A DNA stretch of 64,000 nucleotides, taken from positions 347,947 to 411,946 of the forward strand of contig NW_015172565.1 in assembly GCF_001447785.1 (NCBI RefSeq), in the 5' to 3' direction. The DNA comes from Gekko japonicus (Eukaryota). Within the stretch, counting starts at the first letter, position 1. The number at the start of each line of letters is the position of its first letter. Of this stretch, positions 24,047 to 37,099 are shown one piece after another. Below the pieces are notes generated by a model. It searched no databases. It was not told where the DNA came from and was given only the letters and a program-made list of their open reading frames with translations. Position numbers and translations under genes: made by a program.

Positions 24047-24842
24047 ATCAATAGATAGTACATGACTTTTGAACTACTTCCCTCTCTATTGGTGACATCT
24101 ATAAAACAAAATTGACATCAGCTATATATATCTCATTCCTCCCCCCACTATTGCTGACTGTATAAAATTATCAAATTAGACTAAAACTTGATCAAAACCC
24201 ACCCTTTGTTGGTCTTAAAGGTGCCACTGAACTCAAACTTTGTTCTGTTGCTTCAGACCAACACGGCTACCCATACTGAATCTGGCATTATCTTAGTTAA
24301 CATTAATATCCATATGATCCTGTGTACAATTCTTCTATAGTATTAGAATTCCTCTATATACTTCCCTACATATTGAATAAACTCAGACAAGAAGCCGTTT
24401 TGCTAAGTAAGTAAAATGAGTTATTCTTGCTTGTGAACAAGAAGAGAGAAATCTGAGGGCGAAGAGCTGTTTTTTCTCTGCCAGCAACCCTGCCACTGTG
24501 ATACTGCTGCTACTGACTGAGTGGTGTTTTCACTGTGCATTTATTTGCCTATCCATCTGCTAGGAATGTTGTCCGTCTACCAACATTGTTATGGATGCAG
24601 AACTGTGTATTTGAGAATGGACACTGCTGTTGATATATTTATTCTTATGACTTGCTAATTGTTTTTGAGTTGCTGCTGTGCATAGGATTTCTAGCTTTCA
24701 TCAGTGCAAGCAGCAGCACCGTGATGTCGGAATGACCATCCAATGTATTTTTCCAGCTTCCTCGTTTAGAACAGAAAACTAGTTAGGGGGATGTTATTGA
24801 AGTATCAAATTATGGCTGAACTAGAAAAGTGAACAAGGATAA

Positions 24843-25138
24843 GTGGTTTGCCCTTTCGAGTTCCCTGGAAGGCCAGATACTGAAGCTGAACCTCAAATAC
24901 TTTGGCCACCAAATGAGAAGGGAGCACTCACTGGAGAAGACCCTGATGCTGGAAAGACTAAAGGTAAAAGAAGAAGAAGGGGACGGCAAAGGATGAGATG
25001 GTTAGACAGTGTTATCGAGGCAACGGACATGAAATTAAGCAAACCCCGGAGCACAACGGAAGACAGGAGGGCCTCCTGTGATGTGGTCCATGGGGTCAAG
25101 AAGAGTCAGACTCGACTGTGCGACTGAACAACAACAAA
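24843..25138 (+). mobile_element. BovB/RTE 3' fragment
   Basis: RRRRGRQRMRWLD-coding end and (CAA)n tail. Confidence 0.85.
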
Positions 25139-25539
25139 ATAAAGAGTCAGTGTGGTATAGCAGTTAGACCAAGATCTGGGAGATCCAGGTTTGAATCCCA
25201 GCCACTCACATATTCTCAGCCTAACCTGCCTTACAGGGTTGTTGTGAGGAAACATGAAGACGAAGCAATGTGGTAAAGCCACTTTCGGTCCCCATTGGGG
25301 AGAAAAATGGGATACAAATGAAGTGAATAAATAACTACATAAATCCAAAAGGCAACTAAACGCACAAGCATTAAGTTTAAAAGTGATTAAATAAATAAAT
25401 AAAACCGGACCTCTAAACAATAACAAACACCGAGAAGAAAAATTACTGCCAAGTGGTATCACTACAAATACAGCCAGTCTTTTCCTTAAAAAACCGAAAT
25501 ATTTCAATATTACACTGAATATAATTTTGGGTTTCAAAG

Positions 25540-26100
25540 CGGGGACTCGCGGAAGGGTACTGAGGACCAGCGTTATCTTACAGGCTCCAGAATGTAGAAC
25601 GAGCCAAAGCTCCTGAAGCGGTATCGCATTCTGCCCATTCGATTTCTCACGCCCCTCTTCCCTTGCAGTCCTTGACTCCAGCGGAATTTATTGCATCCAT
25701 TCGATAAGGAAGAAATACTCCAGGAATACGCCACAGAATGTGGCTTCGGGATAGTCCAACCTAAAGAGGCGACCGGGAAGTCTTGAAGGCTCCATCGAGC
25801 TAGGTCAGCCCTTTAGTTCCTTTGGAGTACACGAGAACAAGCGCATACCCTACTTCCGCAGCTTGTGAATCGTAGCGTGAAGAAGCTGCTGAGCCTGTTG
25901 AACCTCTGAATTGACAAGCATGCTCACCGGCTAGCCACTCCGCCGCCGGTAAACCACGGTCCTTCCCACCCCAAGACTACAATTCCCATCATGCTCTCCC
26001 CACTGTCGCGTCCGACCTTTTCTTTCCGCCCACCCGCCTGCCCATCCGTCGGCTCGTGCGCATGCGCGTTGGAAGCAGCGTCCGGGGCAGGCAGGCAGTC
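25540..26100 (+). promoter_or_regulatory. CNOT4 CpG-island promoter
   Basis: Canonical ZNF143 composite motif actacaattcccatcatgc at 25976-25994; NRF1 palindrome tgcgcatgcgc at 26057-26067; GC boxes. Confidence 0.8.
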
Positions 26101-26316
26101 TCTCCCTAATGTAAGATGGTGGCCGGTCTGGCAGCGGAGCGCGCAGAGCCTGAAGATTACCCGTCTCTCACATAAAGGTCGTCGGTGGAGCTCCCCCCAG
26201 TCCCTTTCCCGCTGCCACGGAAGAGAGAGAGGGCGAGAAGAAGAGCGAGCCCTAGAGAGCCCCGCCGCCCCCGCCGCCAGACAGCCGGTCGCCGTGGAGC
26301 AGAGACGACGAGGCGG
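26090..26316 (+). other. CNOT4: CNOT4 non-coding exon 1 (5' boundary approximate)
   Basis: Within the CpG island; strong donor gcgg|gtgagt at 26317; the next recognisable exon on this strand is the CNOT4 ATG exon. Confidence 0.75.
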
Positions 26317-27530
26317 GTGAGTGAGAAGCAGCAGCCATCGCAGGGGCTGGGGGAGCCGGGTCTGCCTGGTTACGAGAGAGCGGAGGCCTCGTGGGGAGCC
26401 TGCAGGCCTCGGGCCCCCCTTCCTCCGCCGGCTGCTTCAGCCCTTCAGTGGGCACTGGGGCTCCCTTTGCCTGGAGGAGCGGAAGGAAGGAAGGGAATCG
26501 GGCGAGCCCAGGGCGGCTCCTCTGCCCGCAGTCAGGGCCCACCAGCCCTTCCGAAGGGGCTTCCTGCACTCGGTGGTCTGGGTCGGGGGACTGGTGTGGG
26601 GACGGAGTCTGCGTGGGATCCCGAGGCTATGCTGAGATTTCTCAGGATGGGGGGCCTGGCAGTAAACAGGAGCGGAGGGCTCTGGTCCAGGAGCTTCGCA
26701 TCCCCCTCGCGAGTGGCGTGTGTGTCTGTGGAGTAGGTGAGAGGCAGCCGAAGCTGTTGCTGGAGGCTACGCGTCTTTCGTGGATTTTTCGTAAGGGTTG
26801 GCTGGAAATGTTTCTCTTTTTCCCTCCGCACGCTGAAGCAGGCGGAAAAAAACCCCAGGCTTGTTAAGATCAGCACGTGTATTGGTGGGTGGCGATTAAC
26901 TGTATGAGTGTTTCCTTTGCAGTTATTCTTGGTAGGCCCTTTGACTTTTCCTGGGATTCTTTCACTTCATGTATGCTTTCCTGCCTTTAAAATAGATATC
27001 TTTGTTTTTTGGAATGCAGGGGTTCAGCTACAGAATTTTGCTCCTATTGAATGTCATCAGTTCTTTCCCTTTTAACATGCAAATACAATTGCTCGTACTG
27101 TCCACCTTTTTTGTTTTAAGGGTTTTATGGTTTTCTTAGCATATCTATTTATAATGATACAGGTTTTTCAGGAGAGAGAGTAATTCCAGGGAAGGATACA
27201 TCCTGTGTCTGATGTAAGCTAGAAAAATACTGAAGCTAGTAAGTGGTGCCTGAAAGCTATCTTGTATGTGCTTGGTATACTGACTCTATGCCTCTTACTG
27301 CTGAGCATGGAATTCAGCTCTGTTGAAATCTTGATCACTCCAAAATGTTACTTGTGTCCTCAGATTATATGGACTTTAGTAGGAATGGTCATATGCTTGT
27401 TGTAGTTGTGCTTCTGTATTTACTTTAACAAAAATCAGTTGATTTTAACTGAATTCTTGGTACCCTCATTAACATTACCTTGGTTATAGATATAATGAAA
27501 GCAAATTGGAATACTGAAATTATATTTTAA

Positions 27531-28175
27531 TACAACAAAGTTTGAGTCCAGTGGTACCTTTAAGACCAACAAAGTTTTATTCAACGTATAAGCTTTCATG
27601 TGCACACACACTTATTCAGATACATTGAAATTGAAGTTATCAGTCCATAAATATAGATAGAGGGTGAACAGCAAATTAGCACAAGCATATTAAATGGTAT
27701 TTAACAGATGCAAGGACCAAACTGGAATTGCAAACTTGGTTTTTTATGGTCACCATTTGTTTAGGTTTAATTCCAGGGAAAACATAGAGGAAAAAAGAAA
27801 TATATCCAAATTGGAGATAGATTGGTAGATGTATCCTTCTTAATTGTGGAATGCTGAGAGTAAATTACTGAGACCCTGTTGTTACACTCCATCTGTTTCC
27901 TCTCAAACATGGAGGTAATTTTACAGCATCCTTTTATTTGAGGTGGGGTGATTGGCTGTGCAGTGTATATCTCCTGTCCATAGACCAGAGAAATAGATTC
28001 GAATCTACCATTCTATTGTTCATTACATTACAATTACTATTGTAATCTACTATTCCAAATAAAATAAAACAAAGGATGTATAGCCTTTCTTGGTGAGAAT
28101 GCAGATGTAAAGACTGAATGAGGGTAGCATATGTGGTGAGATAAGAAACCAATATCCCTGTTAAGTCCTGGGGAT
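27531..28175 (-). mobile_element. Penelope-like element fragment
   Basis: gagtccagtggtacctttaagaccaacaaag terminus; degenerate GIY-YIG-end-like coding remnant near 28100-28170. Confidence 0.6.
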
Positions 28176-30187
28176 TTTAACACAATTATTGTTAAATACT
28201 TTCTTGAAAATGTAATTTATGAAAGGAGTAATAAAATGAGCTGTAAAATGTTTGATGGATATAGGTACACCGTAGCTTGCAGTTGACAGAGTTTTTGGGA
28301 GTTACCTGTTTCAAAAGCTGCTTAATGTAATGGAGTATTCAAATGCACTATACCTTACAGGTTTCATTATTCTGTTGATTTTCATCCCACAAACACAGAT
28401 AATACATGTATCTCTTTAGAAACACTTGCCAGTTAGACTTGGCAGAAATACAAGCAAAGTTTGTTCTGAGAGAGAATGAATGAATGGTCTTTGTGTGGTA
28501 TGGGGGCACAAAGACTGGAAAGGCCTTCATAACTTTGAGTATTGTTTTATTCTTGGCTACTTTTAGAGAAAATGTGAAGCATTAAATGCTTGTGTGCTCC
28601 ATTTTTTTCCATTTTGTATCTATGAGGTCTTCAGTCTTACAAGCATCTTTAGAGTCCATTCAGTTTATATTAGCCTAAAACTAAAATACAATTTATGGTT
28701 TTAGTGTGCGGAATAAATTTGTACACTACTTCTCCGTTAACCTGATATAACATTTTTCGTCTGTCTAATACTAGTGCATTCTTTTTGATGATCCTTTTTA
28801 AGGTTAATGGCTGTTTACTTGAGGACTTATTTTAAAGCATGTGATTCCACCAGGCAGGATGTGTCTGAATTATATATACTGGGATTTTATATATTTATGT
28901 TGCAAGTTGTACAGCAGGTGAGTAGCAGTACAGAACAATACAGACAATAAGAAATTGCTGTTCAAAGTTATTTTTTGGGGGGTGCATCTTCTTACTCAAA
29001 TGTAGATTGACTGTCTTAAATATGCCATTTTATTTTTATTTGAAAGTATGCAGCATCCTGTTAGAATGGAACCAGTTGCTTACATGGCAAAATAACATTT
29101 GGGAGATGTATCATTTTTTCAGAATATATATTTGCTCTCCAGTCTATACATCTTTCTTGCTGTCTCTCACCTGAATGTTTCTTCAACTAGAAAAGGCTGG
29201 AAAGGGAGGCTTGCAGAAAATACTAGTGTCTTCTTTATTCCTGCACAATAGAATACCCCCAAAGTCAGCACTATGCAGCTCTTCCACTTCTCCTGGATTT
29301 TTAATCAGTACAGCCCTAGAAGAATGCTTGAGTTCTAAGCAGCCTTTTCTTTCTGTACCCATGAAGTCTTCTCAAAGAATGATGTGTTATGTTAATTATG
29401 TGTTTTGGTTAGTGGGAGAACTGAAGCATAATTGCAATTTGAAGAAGTATTAGAACCTCAAAGCAAGCAATCCAGACTTTCTCCCTCTTGTAGAACAGCA
29501 GCGAAATAGGAAGAGAATCCTTTCCCTGTCACAGGAAGTGTCATCATATATAATACAGTGAGATGCCCATTATGGAATTGATGCTGAAGATGAATTATTT
29601 ATTCATCATTCACTTACAGATCTAGAACATGTCTGTTTCCAAGAAAGAGGAGAGAAACACTTGCAGAAAACAGTAGAGTGTGTTCTAGGTAATCCTCCTC
29701 AGAATACGCAACCCTAAAATTATAAATCAGGAGAGGGATGAAATTCCCATGCTGCTTGCTTAGAAGTAATAATTGTCCTTAAACCACTCAACCATATGGC
29801 TTGCATACGTGGTACTTACTCAGAATGCTGTTGGAGTTTTGCAATACTAGAAATATTTCACCAGTTCTAGGAATGTAAGAGTTAGAAGGTACTACATGAC
29901 TTCTCAAATATTCTTCTAGATAGAACTTGTATGTTAGGAGCATGCAGTCCGTTTACCAGATGCTTACATCTGATCCAGCATAATCTCCAGTCTCAAACTG
30001 GGCTGTGCCTCTCATACTTTTGTCTCCAGTGTGAATGGTACGGGATTTTAAAATTCTTAATCACCTCAGCTGCATGTTTCTGGGGACAGTGTATAATAGG
30101 AGAACCCTACCAAAGCTTCTTGTTGCATGCGTCTTTTACATGTCTTAAAGAACCATTTTCCTGTGACATGGCTTTAGTGAAAGCAAG

Positions 30188-30322
30188 GGAGCCAGTTTGG
30201 TGTAGTGGTTAAGAGCAGCGGACTCTAATCTGGAGAACCGGGTTTGATTTCCTGCTCCTTTTCATGAAGCCAGCTGGGTGACCTTGGGTCAGTCACAGCT
30301 TTTTCAGAGCTCTCTCAGCCCC
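30188..30322 (+). mobile_element. Squam3-like SINE fragment
   Basis: Same tRNA-derived head as the copy at 15331. Confidence 0.7.
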
Positions 30323-30423
30323 TAAAAACAAGTCTAGCTCACCACTAGCATAATGCTAAGAGCTAGAACTTGTGGCTGCCAGAAAATCTTTGGATCTCCT
30401 GGCTGTTCTAGGCACAGTGCCAT

Positions 30424-30966
30424 ATCATAGAAGCATAGAGTTGTATGGGACCTCCAGGGTCATCTAGTCCAAACCCCTGCACAGTGCAGGATATTCACAA
30501 ATAGCTCCCCCTCCACACCCGCAGTGACTGCTGTTCCACGCCCAGAAGATGACAAAAAACCTCCAGGATCCCTGGCCAAACTGGCCTAGAGAAAAATTGC
30601 TTCCTGGCCCTGGAGTGATGATCAGCATTTTCCTGGGCATGTAAGAAAGGGCCACAAGCACTGATGCAACCCTTCCTGCCCTCCCTCTCATGAACTGCCT
30701 AAGTCCACACAATCAGCATTGCTGTCAGATGGCCATCTAGCCTCTGTTTGAAAACCTCCAAAGAAGGGGAGCCCACCACCTCCCGCGGAAGCCTGTTCCA
30801 CTGAGGAACTGCTCTGTCAGGAAGTTCATTCTAATGTTTAGCTGAAAACTCTTCTGATGTAATTTCAACCCATTGGTTCTGGTCTGACCTTCTGGGGCAA
30901 ATGAAAACAACTCCATACCATCCTCTATATGACAGCCCTTCAAGTACTTGAAAATGGTTATCATAT
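30424..30966 (-). mobile_element. CR1 LINE 3' fragment (second subfamily)
   Basis: MITIFKYLKGCHIEDGMELFS..TRTNGLKL = CR1 ORF2 C-terminus; ttctatgat tail. Confidence 0.85.
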
Positions 30967-31477
30967 GATAATTAATTAATTAGTTAAAGCAATTCTTTGT
31001 AAATTCACACATGAAATATGTAATTGAGAAGATTATACTTAAAATACTGCGGTGTCAGTGTGATATGTTCATGCCCTTGAAATGTAGTGTTACATGCATA
31101 GGTATGCAGGTAATTAAGACCTTGTTTCTGATTCTTTTTTTACGTCTCTGGATGATTTTCATCTCTTTTTGTTTGTTTACTTCATTTATAGCCTACTTTC
31201 TCATTGGGACTCAAGACAAATTACATGAGCCACATCTCAGAGGTAGAGAACATAGTATCCAACAACCTATTTCTGCTTTGCCAAGCAGCAACAGAATAAA
31301 TGTGTTTGCATACTAGTAGTAATTTATAAATTAATAATAGAGTTAAATGGTGCATTTTCAAAGTGGGATGTGGTAGGCACTTCCAATGGCACACGGATCG
31401 TGCCATGGCGATACTATCACTTGCACAATAGCCCTTGCGTTAGTGGAACACTACTTGTTTGGAGATGAATTCTGCTG

Positions 31478-31693
31478 ACACATGAACACATGGAGCTGCC
31501 TTATACTGAATCAGACCCTTGATCCATCAAGGTCAATATTGTCTACTCAGATGGGCAGTGGCTCTCTGGGGTCTCAGGCTGAGGTCTTTCACATCACCTC
31601 CTACCCAATCCTTTCAACTGGAGATGCCAGGAATTGAACCTGGGACCTTCTGCATGCCAAGCAGATGCTCTGCCACTGAGCCACAGCCCCTCC
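31478..31693 (-). mobile_element. tRNA-derived SINE (Squam2-like)
   Basis: Head ggaggggctgtggctcagtgg...ccaggttcaattcc with A/B boxes. Confidence 0.75.
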
Positions 31694-34692
31694 ATTTCTT
31701 TGGATGTACACCAGCGTCTCCCAATTAAAAAGAACTGAAATAGTCAGACTTGGAAATATTTTCATCTGATACCTTGGAGAGGGTATGTAACCAATGGTCA
31801 AACTTGGTATAAGGCAGTTTCATTAAATGCTTTGACATCTTTGGGTTTAAAATATTACCCTTAATGGTTTGATGCTAAGGATGGCAGGTGCTTACTAACT
31901 GTTATAAGTTGTGGTATTTTGGATTTTCTATTGGTAGAGCGTCTTAGGTGGCAGATAGTATTTGGAAGGATTAAATGTAGGCTTGAATACAATTTTCCCC
32001 CTGTATAGTTTAGTAGAAGGCTCCTCATCTTGAGAATTGGGGATACTGAATGTAAAAAAAATGTTTATATGTTTAAGATGTAATGGTGAAAGAAAAACAT
32101 TGATTTGACTTGGGAATCAGCGCCTGCTTGATGATTTAATAGAGTTACCTGTTCTTGTTACAAAACTTGTATCAGTAGGTAGGCTCTTGTCGACATACAT
32201 GTCTCTAAAAAAACCCCCAAAGGCACTGTTCTCTAACTTACTCTCATTACAAGGTATGCCTTAATTCTGCCTGGCATTAAAATGTTTTTAGAAGGCCATC
32301 CATGAGGAGTGAGCTTTGCACTAAAACCGCACTAAAGCAAGCAAGTTGATTATCTGTTGAGTTAAGATGCATGATGGGATCCCCAGACAGTAAGTAGTGA
32401 GTCTGCCTTTTTGAACACTGGCAGTTTTCAGTCAGTTTATATTTATTAACTAAGCTTAGTTAGTAGACTAGTTTTTCTTCTCCTGGCAGCTTTCCTGACT
32501 GCCAGAGCCACATTTTCCGTTTAGTGTATGAGCTTAAGTGGGGGGGGGGGGGGTGAATTTTTTTTTTTGCTGTACCCTGTCCATGGTACTGCAGCTAAGG
32601 TGACTTGTTTCCATTCCAGTAAACAGCTGTTAGCAAACCTCTGCCATCTGTATTTGGTTTATTGGATTAATGTAGGAACAGCTATTATACAGCTTGAGTA
32701 TTTTATTGGAATATATTATGTATCAGTGGTAATAGTGAGTGATGGGCTGTAGAAAGTAAACATAAGGCACTCCTAGCAAAGCTTGAGGAAATGCCAGGAA
32801 GTGTATTCCTTGATATAATTTCTGTTCAGTTTGTTTTCCTACCTGTAGTAATCTTCATGAAGGGGGGGCACACACATGAACTAATCTAATCAGTCTTCAT
32901 AAAGATCTCTTAGGAAAACATCCACCTGGTTATGTTGGCATTCCAGTATGACTATAGTATGATTGCCACCTATCTGCCGGTGTGTGGTGTTGCATTTATT
33001 CTCAATTTGACCTAATGTTGTAGTTACAGATTTAGTTTGTAGCAGTAAGAGAATGTTCATAATTGACTCTCCTGTACGAGACCATAAATCTGAGTGATCA
33101 AAAGCAGCTGAAGATATTTTGCTGTCAGCTGAAAGTCAAGATAACTAAAGAGTTTTGACCAATTTACAGGTTGGCAAGTCCAAATAATAGAATTACTAAG
33201 CTGGTTAAAAGTGCTAGGTATTAAATTTAAAGACATTTATCTGCTTGGGAACAGGGTTTCTAAAGGACAGCCTTCTCCCATAGACACCTGCCCATCAGTT
33301 AAGATTTTTGGCTGAGGCCCTGCTTTGTCTCCCTCCATTATGGATATAAGAAGAACAAAAAGAAAAGAAAAGGCCTCTTTAGTTGTGGCACCCCAATTAT
33401 GGAATGCTCTCCTCTCATCTATGTGGGGCCTAGCAAAATGAAGACTTATTTGTTTATCTAGCCTCTTTGAGTTTTTATTTTGGTTTTGTTTCTTCTCTTT
33501 TTGTAAATCATCTTAAGAGCTTGAATTGGCTGTTTGGGATAGAAATTGCATAGAGGCTATCTAGTTGGATGTCATGTGTTGGGACAGGCTTCTTTTATAT
33601 TCAGAACAAATTAACCTCTATTATGTGTTTTGTGAGTGGCTTTATTTAGGCAGTTAATTGGGCCATTTTTCCATTTGCCTAATCCATGGAGTTGATTTGT
33701 ATACTTTTTGCTCCACCTGTTTTGTGTATGCAGTGCATTTTCCTAATAGAAATGTCTGCCTTAACATGTGTATACAAATATATACTAGTCCAGTGGTTCC
33801 CTTTTTTTCCAAGTATGAAGACCCCTTTTTAATGTCCAAAAAATGTGCAACCCCCCACGCAATATTAATTGTAAGAGTATTAGCCTTAGGAAAAAATACA
33901 TAATGGCAGAAAGCTACGATGCATTCCCTAACTCTTATAAATGAATCACAACAGCATCTACATACATTAAAAAAATAGTGATACATATAAGTGCAAGACA
34001 TATTAAGGTACATTCCAGGTGTCTATAACAAAGTGTTTCTTGTTATAACTACTGCCTGTCAGGATCGACAGTACAGTCCAATGACCTGATGCAGTATGAG
34101 AAAGCTTTGTATATTTGTATAGCTTTCAGTTACTGTTTTGCTGCCTGGAATGACCCCTTTGATAAGTTATCAGTTAGTCTACATTCATGGGTAGTCACTT
34201 GGCTATCCAATTAACTTTCAATCCTTGACAGAACAATTGGTGTATGCTTATTTATTTTGATTTTAACCCTGCTTTTTGGTGGTAGATTGGCTCCCAGAGG
34301 AGCTCAAATATACCAGAATCTAACACAAATAATGACTAATGTGTAACAGAAAATGTCCCTTGTGGAGAAAATTCTCAATTGTGCTGGATCCAGGCATGAT
34401 CAAGGGATGATCCCTGTTTAGGCAGTGAGCGCATTTATGCTCGCCTGCAGAGACAAATGGACCCTGATTGGCTTCAGGCTGCTTTGCAGGATTCAGTGTC
34501 CCCTGGTGACTCGTTAGATGTGCTGGTGGAGGACTGGCACTCTTGGCTCTCCGAAGCCATCAAGACTATTGTCCCCTGGCCCTGGTGCCCTCTCTACCCT
34601 CGGACCAAAGCTGCCCTGTGGTATACCCTGGAGCTGCGGAGGATGAAGCGAGAGCTGAGACAGCCTGAGCGAGTGTGGTGGCATGCTTGTGA

Positions 34693-37099
34693 CGAACATA
34701 AGAACATAAGAGACGCCAATGTTGGATCAGGCCAAAGGCCCATCCAGTCCAACACTCTGTGTCACACAGTGGCCAGAAATACCAGTGCCATCAGGAGGTC
34801 CACCAGTGGGGCCAGGACATTAGAAGCCCTCCCACTGTTGACCCCCCCCCAAGCACCAAGAAGACAGAGCATCACTTGCCCCAGAGCCCCTAGCTATACC
34901 TTGTGGCTAATAGCCACTGATGGACCTCTGCTCCATATGCTTACCTAATTCCCTTTTGAAGCCGTCCATGCTTGTAGCACCCACCACTTCCTGTGGCAGT
35001 GAATTCCATGTGTTAATCACTCTTTGGGTGAAGAAGTACTTCCTTTTATCCGTTCTAACCCGACCGCTCTGCAGTTTCATGGAGTGCCCACGAGTTCTTG
35101 TATTGTGAGAAAGGGAGAAAAGTACCTCTTTCTCTACCTGCTCTTTCCCATGCATAATCTTATAAACCTCGATCATGTCACCCCTCAGTCGTCTTTTCTC
35201 CAAGCTAAAGAGCCCTAAGCGCTTTAACCTTTCCTCATAGGGAAAGTGTTCCAACCCTTTTATCATTCGAGTTGCCCTTTTCTGCACTTTTTCCAAAGCT
35301 ATAATATCCTTTTTAAGGTGTGGTGCCCAGAACTGCACACAGTATTCCAAATGAGGTCTCACCATTGATTTATATAGGGGCATTATTATATTGGCTGATC
35401 TGTTTTCAATACCCTTCCTAATAATCCCCAGCATAGCATTGGCCTTCTTTATTGCAGTCACACACTGTCTCGACATTTTCAGTGAGTTATCCACTACAAC
35501 TCCAAGATCTCTCTCTTGCTCAGTCTCTGCCAGTTCAGACCCCATCAATGTGTATTTATATTTAGGATTTTTGGCTCCAATGTGCATCACCTTGCACTTG
35601 GCCACATTGAACCCCATTTGCCATGTTGACGCCCACTCGCCCATCCTTGACAGATCCCCTTGGAGTGCCTCACAATCCTCACTGGTTTTCACCACCCTGA
35701 ACAACTTTGTATCATCCGCAAATTTAGCCACTTCACTGCTTACTCCCATCTCCAAATCATTAATGAACAAGTTAAAAAGCAGTGGACCAAGTACTGATCC
35801 CTGCGGTACCCCACTGCTTACCACCCTCCACTGAGAAAATTGCCCACCTACACTCACTCTCTGTTTTCTATGAACTAGCCAGTTTTTGATCCATAAAAGG
35901 ACTTGTCCTTCTATCCCATGATTTTTGAGCTTACTTAGGAGCCTTTGATGAGGAACTTTATCAAAAGCTTTCTGGAAGTCAAGGTAAATAATATCTATTG
36001 GATCCCCCTTGTCCACATGTTTGTTCACCCCCTCAAAGAACACTAACAGGTTAGTGAGACAAGATCTTCCCTTACAGAAACCGTGCTGAGTCTGCCTCAA
36101 TAGGTTTTGTTCATCTATGTGCCTACTAATTCTTTCCTTAATAATGGTTTCCACCAATTTACCCGGTATCGACGTCAGACTGACTGGCCTGTAATTTCCC
36201 GGATCTCCTCTGGAACCCTTTTTAAAGATGGGAGTGACATTAGCTACCTTCCAATCCTCAGGAATGGAGGCAGATTTTAAGGAAAGATTACATATCTTTG
36301 TCAGGAGATCTACAAGTTCACATTTGAGTTCTTTCAGAACTCTCGGATGTATGCCATCTGGGCCTGGTGATTTTTCAGTTTTTAAGTTGTCTATCAGTTT
36401 TAGGACCTCCTCTCTCATCACCTCAATCTGACTCAGGTCTTCCAACACCCCTCCTGAAATCAGTGGTTCTGGAGTGGGCAAGCACTTCTCATCTTCCACA
36501 GTGAAGACGGAGGCAAAAAATGCATTTAGCTTCTCAGCCATTTCCCTATCATCCTTCAATACTCCTTTTACCCCTTGGTCGTCCAAGGGCCCCACTGCCT
36601 CCCTGGCTGGTTTCCTGTTTCTAATGTATTTGAAGAAAGTTTTATTGTTGGTTTTTACGTTTTTTGCTATATGCTCCTCATATTCCCTTTTTGCCTGCCT
36701 GACCTCAGACTTGCATTTTATTTGCCATAGCCTGTGTTCCGTTTTATCAGCCTCACTGTGACTAGCTTTCCACTGCTTAAAGGAATTCTTTTTACTTTTT
36801 ACAGCTTCCATTACTCTGTTTGTTAACCATGCAGGCTTTTTCCTATACCTTTTTGTGCCTTTCCTAACCTGCGGAATATATATTTTTTGAGCTTCTAGGA
36901 TCGTAGTTTTAAACAGTTTCCAAGCTTCCCCAATTGTTTTGACCCTTTCTACTTTTCCTTTCAGTTTCCTCCCCACGTGTCCCCTCATATCAGAGAAATT
37001 ACCCCTTTTAAAGTTAAAAATGGTTGTGTGAGTCTTTTTGGCCAATTCTCTATTTGTACAAATGATGAACTCAACAACATTATGATCACGAAGTGGCAA
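34693..37099 (-). mobile_element. Young 5'-truncated CR1 LINE with an uninterrupted ORF2 fragment (RT)
   Basis: 732-codon open frame 34907-37105 with KSPGPDGI, NYRPVSL, LDFQKAFD, GVPQGSVLGP, FADD; (TTCTTATG)n tail; gaacat at both junctions. Confidence 0.95.

Noticed and set aside
31620-31693. tRNA gene
   Set aside because: tRNA-like head continues into a SINE body found elsewhere in the window
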